Shown here: in pieces, positions 27,101 through 39,100 of the stretch
How positions within the stretch are numbered: position 1 is the stretch's first letter
How the letters are laid out: each line of letters begins with the position of its first letter
Assembly (NCBI GenBank): GCA_030141605.1
Contig: JAQGDQ010000144.1
Coordinates: forward strand, 248,001 to 312,000
DNA: 64,000 bases
Source: Tubiluchus corallicola
Taxonomy: Eukaryota; Animalia; Priapulida
Direction of reading: 5' to 3'
Program-made: the position numbers and the translations under genes
Notes under the pieces: model-generated
The model's input: the letters and a program-made list of their open reading frames with translations, nothing else
What the model was told of the DNA's origin: nothing
Databases searched by the model: none

Positions 27101-30100
27101 AAATTACAATAGGTCGCTGGTTTTACCTAGTTGTCTTAGTGGTTCTACTTATGAAACAGCTGGTCATTGCTTAATTAGCTGCCCTCTTTACCTCCGGGCC
27201 AGACATGATTTATTTACAAATCTCTGCACTCTTTTGTCACCTTTTAATATCAATGCTTACAGTCTTGCAACAAATGAACTTGTATGCCTGTTCCTGCATG
27301 GGAATCATACCCTAGATAATTTTGTGAACAATCAAATTTTTGTATTAGCGCAGTCTTTCATTACAAATACTAAGCACTTTAAACAGTATTAGCTATATTA
27401 CTCTTGTTATATAGTATTGTTCATAATTATCGCAAAATTTCTTGTACATTGTGGTCACATTGTTCTGTATTTGTCTCTAGCATTTAACTCCTACCAGGGC
27501 AGAAATATATCAGTTGCAGAACTGTCTATTTCCACCTAGTTTGTTGTTACATCTTTAATAAAAATTATGTTTAAACTAAGTTTTGATTACAATTAAAAGT
27601 GAAAAACTAATTACATATCTGCATACATTTGTTTTTTACTAGGTTATGTTGTTGAGAGGTATAATCCAAGTTCTGGTAAATGGGCACGCATGCCTGGCAC
27701 CGTGTCTGTTCCCAAGATCACGATCAAAAAATTGGAAGAAGGCATCAGTTACATGTTCAGAGTTCGAGCCGAGAACTTCTATGGTCTTAGCGAACCATTG
27801 GAAGGCACAACATTTGTAGCAAAATCACCTTACGGTGAGAAAATAACTTTCTTTTTCAGTATATGAACATTGTTGATAAATTTGTAGCTCTTCTACTTGG
27901 TTGATTTATTCTAAATTTTTGTTTTACTGTCATTTGTTTAATATTATTGTCGCTTTTTGCAATTGAAATTCCCACAATTGAATTATATTGCTTTGTTTTA
28001 GATCCACCTGATCCGCCATCTGCTCCCGAGATCCTGGATTATGACATGTTTTCTGTAACCTTAGCATGGAAAGCACCCAAACACGATGGTGGCAGCAAAA
28101 TTACAGGTATTATTTGTTCAGTCTTCTTGTTACTGTCACATGTAATGATTGAATAAAATAATAACATTAGTTAAATTGTGTCGAGTACAATCTTTCTGTG
28201 TACTAGAGCATGATATGAAATTCTGACTGTTCTTGAACTTAGTAATCATGGTTTTCTTTTTTATCAGGTTACTTGGTTGAAAAGCATCAGAGCGGTGTGT
28301 TGGATTGGAGCCGGTGCACTCATCAGCCGATTACTGAGTTGAAGTACACGGTTTCTAACTTGTTAAAAAATCAAGAGTTTGAGTTCCGGGTTCGTGCAGT
28401 TAATGCAGCTGGTCCTGGGGATCCTAGTCCAGCATCGAAGACCGTTACTACTCGAACTAAGATATGTAAGTAAAGTGTATTGACTTAAAACTTTGTTTTC
28501 ATGCATGCAGAAACATTACAATATAGTTTTTTGCATGATTTAAAAACTGAAAATTGCAACAAGAATTTTTTCCTTCTTCGCACAGCACATCTCATAGATT
28601 GAATTAACTGTCGCATTTCTCTTAATTTAAATGCGTTTCGTTTTTAGTCCCACCTGATGCTCCAAGCAATTTGACTGTTGTCAAAGTTACAAAATCTTCT
28701 ATCACTCTTATGTGGGATAGGCCAAAGAAAGATGGCGGCAGCAAAATAACCAGCTACGTTGTGGAGAGCAAGCTCAGGGGCAGAGATTGGGAGCTAGCTA
28801 CTAGGTATTAATTTAATTTCAAATTCAAAGTGATGGAAAAATTGGTGGCAATTTGAACACTATTTTAAAAGGGTGAGAGGAATCATATTGAGCTTTATTA
28901 TAGCTTTACTGTTCTAGCATTTTGCCAGGCTTTTTTAATTTTGTGTGGCAGTTTCACAAAAATATTTTTATTCAGAACAGCTGTACTTTTTTCAGAAATG
29001 CGTTTGCATTTCTAACAAATGTATATTTTTAACAAATGTATATTTCTAACAAATGTATATTTTTGAGTCTAAGACCTAAACAGAGTTTGTTTTGCTGGGG
29101 CATTTGCAATATATTTACTAATGAACTCAAAAATTGTGTGTTTAGTTTGCAGTGTTTTTAAACACCTGCTTAAATAATTAATCATTTAATACAGCAACAG
29201 TGTGTGCTATGTCTACCTTGCTTATAATAATCATATTAAACAGATAATTGTAGCCTGATAACTTGGCATTCTGCTCTAATGGCTGCTAGTAGTGTCATTC
29301 TTATGTTCATATATAATTAATATTATTGTTAAATTTTAAACTGTACAAAGTGAGTATAATGTTTGTTATTTTTTATATTTTTCCCCCAACTCACTTTTTT
29401 GTCTAAACAGTCTGAAGTATCTATTTGTACAGTAATGCAGTTATGCATAATTTTTGTGTAAGGTTAAAATATATTTGCTGTGTATACTGTATAGTTATGA
29501 TAAGCAGCTGTGTTGCGTTCGTGTGCACACTTTATGCTTACTTATGCTTACAGTTTGCAGTGAGAATTAATGAACTAATGCAGATTTTATTTTTATCCTA
29601 TCCCAACCACCTAATTTTATATTTATTTTTGTAACTTTTATTTTTTTCTGTTGCTTTTAACTCATTTTCATCTATTTTGCCTTTTACTTTCTTCTTATTT
29701 TTAAAAATTGCATAACCCTACTTACCTGTGTGTGCGTGTGTTTTTAACCACCACAACTCACTACGTTTATTTGAACCACTCTCCCTATCAGCTCCTATGT
29801 TTCACTCTCCCTCGGTAGGTTTCCAGTTGCGGAGCAGACGTACACGCTGCAGAATCTCAGCGAGGGAGATGAATACATGTTTCGCGTGCGAGCTGAAAAT
29901 GATGCTGGTGTTTCTGACCCATCCAGGCCAACATCTGCAATAGTTATCAGAGATCAGCCAGGTATGAAATTGTGTTTGTTGCTATTATTAAACTAACAAC
30001 TAGAATTAAAGTCTGTGGTCAAAAATAGGTCGTTTTATAATCAGTTGGATCTGAAATTTGCAAATTTCGTGACCAGATAAACTAATTTTAGAAAATCATA

Positions 30101-33100
30101 AAACAAGTAATGAAATCATTCTACATTTTTGCATTAAAATTTATTTATTTTTTTGTTTAGAAGTCCCAAAACTTGATCATGCCATGCTTAAAGATGTAAA
30201 AGTGAAAGCCGGCCATCCATTCACTTTAGAAGTATTCTATAGCGGGTGCCCTCCACCTCATCCAGAATGGTACAAGAATGGCGAGATGGTACCTATGATT
30301 GACCGGTGTGAAATCCGTAATACTGAGAACTCCACTCACCTCACGACACATAGGTTGGTTCTTAGTACATCTAAAACTTATAATTTCACAAAGCTGTAAA
30401 TACTGTTTAGTTAACTTTAATGTTTGCTATCAATTGTGAAACTTAATGCGAATTTCTAAGAGTAATGTGAATAAAACTGTTTTCTTACTTGTCGGTGAAC
30501 CAATTTTCCAGAGCTGAAAGACTGGACACAGGAAAATACAGTGTCATCTTGACGAATGATGAAGGTCGCGATCATGCAGAATGCGATGTTGTTGTACTTG
30601 GTAAGAACAATTGCCTTTGTCCTTTATATTGAAAATAATGCATCTATGTATCAGATTTATATTCAAATGAAAATAAAAATGAGCTGAAATTAATACGATT
30701 CTGTGAAAAATTCACATTTAGTCATACTTGTTGCTTATTAATTACAGATCGGCCATTTCCTCCTGTTGGACCATTGGAAATCATTGAAGTCACAAAGAAA
30801 AGTTGCCAGCTGGTTTGGAAAGCTCCCAAAGATGATGGTGGTGCTGACATTAGGTATTGTGTACTGATTTTTGCAAGTAAAATGTTTAGTGCATTGTAAA
30901 GGTCTGCCAACTGTTAGTCAAATTATAAGTAAATTATGTTTTATCTTTACAAAGGTTATTACTATTACCTATTACCTATTACTATTACCTATTATGTAAA
31001 CATTACTTTGTCGCTATTGTACTCTGAGTGAATTTTCAAATGATACATTAGAACTTTTCTTTCTGGCATTTAGTGCTTATGTTGTCGAGATGAGAGAAGC
31101 CAAAAAGACAAACTGGGTGACTTTGAGCAATTTTGTTACTGGCAATTCATACAAAGTTTCCAAGCTAAAACCAGGACACAAATACGAGTTCCGTGTTTTA
31201 GCTGAAAATATCAACGGTATTTCAGATCCCCTGATTGGTGATCGCGTCATTGTGGCTAAGAATCCGTATGGTACGTTATTGCTATTTTCTGTTTAAACAA
31301 CACTTTAATGATATTAAATTAGTGGCATAAAATTGTTTGTTTTTATTTTTCTGACTACAATCCTTTATTTAGATGAACCTAATGCACCTGGACAACCACA
31401 CATTCTTAGTCATGATCGACATTATGTGACCTTGTCTTGGACGACACCCACTTATGATGGTGGAGCACCAGTTACTGGCTATAATGTTGAAAGAAAAGAT
31501 TTCAAGTCAAACGTATGGAGCATGCTCAACAGAATGCCAATAAAGGTAAGTTACTAAAATTATTCTGAATTCTTTTTCTGTAAAATAGTTTCTTAAGGAT
31601 AGCAGACTAAAAATCTTCCTTCATTATTCTTCCTTTATTTAGGATTTACAGTTTACTGACGATATGGTGCGTGAAGGTAATGAGTATGAGTACAGGGTTT
31701 ATGCGCTGAACGCCGCTGGTTCGAGTCCACCCAGCCTGCCAAGCGACTCAGTTATTGCAAGACCTGAATTTGGTATGATTTGTGACATGATATTAGGTTT
31801 TGTTATTAACTTGAAAATCTGAATTGTAGTCCAGAAGTAAAGCTAAGAGTTTGTGTGATAATAAAAATTCATTCCTAAATTAAGTAATCGTCACAGCTTT
31901 CATTCTTCTTGACATTAAATGTAATTATCGTTTTTTAAAGCTTGTTTTTTCCCTAGTATAGTTTTAAAATTATGTCTTTTAATTTGCGTATGCAGAGAAA
32001 CCAAAGATATTCTTAGATGCATTTCAAGGCAAGGACATAAAAGTGAGAGCTGGTGATCCACTGGATCTTAATTTGACCATTGCTGGATCACCTACACCAC
32101 TCACGTTCTGGGAAAAGAATGGAGCGAGACTCAAGAACACCGACAGGATAACTATTAATCTTGGCGACACTTATGCAAGGCTGCATATTAGTCCAACAGT
32201 ACGTGAAGACAGCGACATTTACAACTTACTGCTGGAAAACAGCAGTGGCAAGGAGCGAGCTGATATCAATGTTATTGTACTTGGTAAGTTTTTTTAATGT
32301 AGTTTATAAGATTCATTTTTTGTTATCGCTTTCTGCTAAAACATTTTACAACATTATAATATATTCTGAATTATAATAATAAACAATTATTTTTTCAGAT
32401 AAACCTTTGGCTCCTGAAGGTCCTTTACAGACAACTAATATAACTAAGAATAGTGTGACACTTATCTGGAAACCGCCGAAAGACACTGGTGGAGTTGCTT
32501 TATCAGGTACAACATTCTTGTTTGCTTATCAGGCATTTAATCATTGTTGTCAGTGTAGTTTTGAAATTACATGTTTGTATTTGTTCTTTTTACTGGCATG
32601 TTCTTCTTTCATTTTGTTAGGTTATGTAGTGGAACGATATGACTCATCCCGTGAAAAGTGGACTCGAATGTCCGGTTTGGTCACACATCCTAAAATTACC
32701 ATCAAAAAGCTAGATCCACATCAGAGTTACACTTTCCGTGTGCGAGCTGAAAACTTGTATGGACTCAGTGACCCATTGGTTGGTCAAAGCTTCACTGCAA
32801 AAGATCCATATGGTACGTAAAGCTGTTTATATTTCACTGAGAAATTGCGGTGTTTGCATCTTTAATATACAATTACATTAGGCGCCGCTTAATAGACTTA
32901 CCGTCATTAGACTCAGTATTTTTGCTTCATAATTGAAGCTTCAATAAACATTTTCCTGTGTCTAATAAGCTTTTATGACTTTTATATCATTTTAGCTGGC
33001 TTTTGTCCTATATAGAAACAATCATGTTATGTACCGTTTTGTTTGTAAGCAGGAACGTTTATCATATGCTAATATGTTACCCTAATAGTGTGCTTTGATC

Positions 33101-36100
33101 GGCCAGTCCACTGCAATTAACATCGTTACCCAAGAATTCCTGGAAGCTGAACATTTAATCACTTGTTTAGCTGTTTGCTTTTGAAGCTCTGGCTTTCTTT
33201 GCCAGAAAGTTTAATCAGTTTGATGTTGCTGTTATGCCAGAGATGCAAGTGCAGTAGATGGAGGCACAGTACAGTAAGTATGGCATGATAGCAAGCGGGA
33301 ACTTGGGCGAAACTACAGATGAAGCTACTTGCGGGGAAACACAGGCTCCACCAACAGTTTAAGCCTGCCAAGTGCTACAATTTTACAATAATTTGTGTAT
33401 CATACAAATTTTCAACATTTTTATCTTTATGAGCACTTTATGAGCCAACTCCTTCACGATAAAATGAAGCAGCCGACTTTGAAAGAATTTTTGTAACTTT
33501 TGCAAATAAACAGACTTATGTGATTTAGAAAAGTATATTTTGTAATTTATTGCTAATTCACTTATATGAATGAATATTTTAAAATATTTTTTTTTAATTT
33601 TTAACTGCACAAAGGAATTTAGGCATTAATTCGTTTCTAAAATTCATTAAAAATCTTTGCAGTACATACTAAGCTTGTGACTCATACAGAATATACCAGT
33701 AACACTACACTCGTCGGGTAATAGGTTCAGTTGGTTAATTGGGTCAAAACACGTCATTCCCAAAGTGAGTCTATTAAGCGGCGCCTACTGTATTTTATTA
33801 TAAGATTTTTTTATATTGGCTAGTTTACATTTGTTTATTTCTCTCTAGATCCGCCTGGTCCTCCACACACTCCAGAAATTGCTGATGTAAATGCCTCTGC
33901 AATAACATTACGATGGAAGGCTCCTAACAAAGATGGAGGTTCACCAATTACAGGTATTGCGTTTCATTTTGTGAAATTTTTGGATTCTATGTTATATTTT
34001 GCCAATGTATTGGTTCATTAATTACCTTAAAGGTTAGTTAATAGATCGTATTAAACTTACATTTTTTAATATTTTTCTTCTATTTATCACGTTTTGTCCA
34101 TGGAAAATTATATAATACTTTATATATTTATGCAACAAATTATCACAATACAACTTACATGTCTTTGTGACCATGGTAAGCAATATTAATAACACAGTTA
34201 AACATAAATTATATCTCCTACAGGTTATTTCATTGAGAAGAAAGTAAAGCATATGTTAGAGTGGTCACAATGTAATGCAACCCCATGTGGTACAATGACA
34301 TATCAAGCTACCAGCCTCGTGGAGGGTACCGAATATGAATTCCGCATTATTGCCATTAACATTATTGGACCCGGAGAACCAAGTTTGCCGTCCAAGAGTG
34401 TTATTGCTAGAACTCCTGTTTGTAAGTATTAAATGTACACAATCTCTTTGACAATAAAATTAGAAGCATTTCTTTAAAATTTTGTGTTCTCTTGGGCATG
34501 TGTTGCTTTAAAAACGTATTTTGAATGTTTAGTTTAGACTGTTGTATACATATTTGTAAAATACATGGAGGCAAAGGCATAAATTGAGCATTGGTTAATT
34601 TAAAAGGCATTACAACTCAAACTAACTGTGCATTTCCTCCATATTCATAATCATTCACTTAGTTTTACATTATTCTTGGATCTTTAATTTTTTCTTAGTC
34701 CCACCAGAGCCGCCAGTCAATGTTCAAGTTGACAAGGTTGGTTCAAACTTCGTCACTTTATTCTGGAGTCGCCCTCGACGTGACGGTGGAAGCAAGGTTA
34801 CTGGCTACCTTGTAGAGATGCAAGAAAACGGAGGCTTATGGAAAAAGGCATTAGAGTATTCAGTACCAGATCGCAAACAAACAATACCGGATCTCGTTGC
34901 TGGAGGGGAGTATGCATTCCGTGTACGAGCTGAAAATGAAGCTGGTGTTTCAGAACCTAGCAAACCTTCAAATCCAGTTACCGTGGGCGAGCAACCAGGT
35001 AACAGTTATATTTTTATCTCACAGATTGTTGGCTTAATTGATTTAAAATTGTGTTTGTCTGAGATCGTAATACACATGTTACCCATGTCACTAACAAGAT
35101 CTTAGTTATTTATGAGGCACTTTCTACTTTTAATCAACTGTCAGGATTTATGGAGAACAATGCCCTTAAGTATCTCTGTTGAAGAGCATTTTCTCCTGGG
35201 GACAGCATGAAATAGAAACCAGTAACTTCTGAATTCCTGATGGTCAGTGATTTATATACCTCGTACAGTTTTGTCAAATTATAACGCACATTTTCTCCCA
35301 TTCTGTGTAATATACAATCTATAGTTTTTCCACATTGTTCTCCATATATCTAACTGTAAGAGGTGGAATATTATCACAAATTATCATGTATTTTCTAGGC
35401 TTGAATTGCCTTTCCTGTGATAATCATTTTTGACTCTCTTATAAAACTAATTAGTGTACTTGAAAATGAAAAAAATTCTTTCAGAAAAACCATTTGTGGA
35501 CATCAGTTCAGTGAGGGATTTAATAGTAAATGCTGGACAGGAGTTTAATATCACTGTGCCGTACGTTGGTTTTCCACGTCCAACTCCACAGTGGGAGGTT
35601 AATGGTAAAGAAATACACCGATCAGAGAGAATAATGATGGAGGTATGGTTATTTACAATTACCTGCTTCTCTTGCTGATCAACTTTTGACAAATATAGTA
35701 AGTCTTAAGCTTAATAATATCCCGCTTACTGATGATTTGTTTGAATTGCAGTTTTGCCAGTTGCAGGTCTATCTATTTAGTTAAAATGTACTTGCATGCA
35801 TTTATGTTACTTTCTGAAGGCACCTTGACTTCATTTAACTATGTTTTGCTGAGGACACATTAATATCTACCATCTTTACCTGACGACTTACTGTAGACAT
35901 AACTATATAATATATTAGAGCTGAAATTAAACATGTTTATTATGCTTACCTCAAAAATGAATATAGTTCCAAGAGTAAATCATTGTAATGACATTGCTCT
36001 CCTTTTTTCTGGGTGGTGTAATTTTGTTAAAACTATACCGTGAATATGTTTCATAAAACAAAAAATATATTTTTGTTTATGACTGCTGATAAGCATACTA

Positions 36101-39100
36101 ATGATGTTACACTGTTTGTATTGATTTATTTTTTGTAGACTACAAGTAAAGAAGCAGTGTTGGATATAATCAGAGCTGAGAGAACTGATAGTGGTGCATA
36201 CAAACTGACTTTAACCAACCCATCAGGTTCACACACTGTCACCATCAATGTCACCGTAGTTGGTATGATAACCGTTAATAGTTTATTTTCTTATTTCAAT
36301 ACAATTGTTTAGTTTAATTGAATTAGATACTGTTTCTAAGATAACGTCTTACAATGTTTTCTTGTCATCAACTATCTTAACTTTATCACATCTTGAGCAC
36401 ATTTTTGCTGCATTTTATATTTCTGTAGATCGTCCCGATCCTCCAGTTGGTCCAATAAGAGTTTCGGATGTTGATTCTGATGGTGTATCGTTGTCATGGT
36501 TACCACCGCTTGATGATGGTGGAGACAAGGTAAAAAATTTTTATTGCTGATGGAAGTTGCCTCAATTACGTGCTATTATTTGTTTAAGATTTTCACTAAG
36601 TAGTTCTGAAAATGACAATAGATCGATTTATTTCATCTTATTAGCTTTGTTAGACACTAAATTTGAAGCAATATTTACTTTGGTTCTTACATACCATACT
36701 TGTTTATACAAATAACATATTCGCTACAATACTAATGTTCATTAGCAAGCATTAGATTAAACAAAAGTTATTTTAATCTGATCTTGCATCAGTGCAAATG
36801 ATAAAGTTTTTGTAGAACTAATTAGTTCCCAGTTGTATTTTGGAAAACTATTTTTGATTGTAAATACATCTTGCTAGATTTCAAGTTATATAATCAGCAA
36901 ACGTGAAGTGTCCGGTGACTGGTCAAGAGTGAGTAGCTTCGTAACTGATGTCTACACACGTGTTCGAAGCTTGAAGAATGGAACACAGTATGAGTTCAGC
37001 GTCCAAGCCGAAAATCGGTTTGGAACCAGTGACCGACTGGTTACCGACCATCCTGTGCTTGTTAGAAGTCCTTATGGCAAGTTGGAACAATTTTTAGTTG
37101 ATTATAATATATTTGAAACACTAGCATATAAAAAGCACGAAGAATTAAACTGATTAATAATAAACGTGATTTGTTATAAATGTCTTAGTTGACGATTGTG
37201 GTTTATTACCAATGGCTTTTGTGGCTTAATGTTGTTTACCGTGTTTCAATTTTGCATATTAAGTTTACTGCTATAATTTCAGATCCACCAAGTGCTCCTT
37301 CTCAGCCGCAGCTGCTTGACACAACTGAAGAAAGTATAACAATGAAGTGGAATCGACCTCGCAAAGACGGAGGCTGTGGATTTGCAGGCTACATTCTCGA
37401 ATATCGTAAACTTGATAAAGATCAGTGGGCACGTGCTTCAAACTATGTCATCCCAGATACGGAGTTCAGGTATGAATCTGATTTTTCCTAGATTACTGAT
37501 TTTGCTTTTGTGCTATAATATTTAAAGGAGATCATGTAATTTGATGTATATCGTGTTTCTAGGGCAACTGGGCTTATGTTGAACAATGAATATGTTTTCC
37601 GTGTGAAAGCAGTTAACACTGCTGGTTTAGAAGGAGATTGGAGTGAAGAGTCCGAGACAATTACTGCAAGACGCAGGCCTAGTAAGTTTTCTTGTTTTTG
37701 TTAACCAAAACATTAAATTTGGCTTCAGTAATTACTTTTTTAAAGTTTCTGTAAAAGACGAACTTCAAACTATCTGTTTCTTTTTTAGCTGCGCCAAGAA
37801 TTCGGCTTGATCTCTCTATGCGTGAAATGATGGTGAAAGCTGGCACAGAGTTCAGCATCAAAATACCATATATTGGTCGACCACCTCCTAAAGCTCATTG
37901 GTCCAAGGTACATCGCAAACTCCAATGTTTATTTAGAAATAGTTTTCCAATTTTTGGCAATGGTTTTTTTAAATGTGAGCTTTAAGTCTGTAATACTATG
38001 TCAGTTAGTTTTAGTTTACGTAACAGCTTGGTATTGCAAGTTTTAGGACATGTGAACTCATTTGCAGAGTGTTTTCTCTTTTGTACTATACTCTGAAATG
38101 TGATAAATGCTACTGAGTCTGACAAATTCTTTTAGAATGGTTTGGAAGTGTACGAATCTGAGCGCATTGTTTACCAAGTAACAGACGAAGAGTGCATACT
38201 CTTAAATCGCTGTGCTGACCGCGATGATGGTGGCCATTATCTGGCAAGATTGCAGAATGATATAGGCGTAGATTCTGCCACCGTTAAAGTAGTAGTTGTA
38301 GGTAAGTTGTTTTCTGATGCAGTCTGCATGATCTACTTAACTCAGGGTGGTTTTACAAGGTTGTACATTGTCAGTTTAAGTCAGGACCTAGATGAATGAC
38401 CATGTCCAATTCTGTGGTTCAGACAGAATGAGATTCTGCTTGAGCCCATTGTCTAATACGTTTTCATTTGTTGATTTTAGGGTTCAGTCAACATAAATCA
38501 TATAAAAATACCTGTGGCACACACTTTATGCAAGGTATTTTATTAAATATCATAGTTTTTACTCTGATAATTTATTATTGTATGTTGCAGATCGTCCCAG
38601 TCCACCGACTGGTCCACTAGGAGTGCAAGATATCACACCAGAAAACTGCTCTTTGACATGGAAGGCTCCAGCAGACAATGGTGGTAGTCCAATTACAAAC
38701 TACATTGTAGAGAAATATGATGCTGCTGTAGAGGATTGGATAACGGTAAGTAGCTATCTGTTAGACTTGCCAGTAAAGCATAATGGATAATGCTCAACAT
38801 TGTTTAGGGTAGATGTGCACTGATTGGAGGGACAGACTTTTTACTCCTGTTTGGACAGCAGGCAGTTTTTATAGTTTGAAGTCTCTGAGGACTTCATTGA
38901 TGAGATAACCACATTAGTTTTTGCTGTTTATATGTAACCATATTAGTTTTTGCTATGATGTAATACTGAATACTAATTGTAAGTTTGTATTCATAATGTG
39001 TCTTTGTAAATACTTATGTGTTCTTAATGTTTTGTATTTTACAAGTACCAAAGAGATGATACTAATAATACTAACTAAGAATTTTATTTCCTCTGTTGAT

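Noticed and set aside
32507-32620. 114-nt stop-free in-frame intron that makes ORF 32407-32820 look like one exon with a 38-aa hydrophobic insert
   Set aside because: Canonical GT..AG with a T-rich tract; the flanking exons (108/192 nt) match the paralogous pair 26723-26830 / 27643-27834, so it is an ordinary intron.
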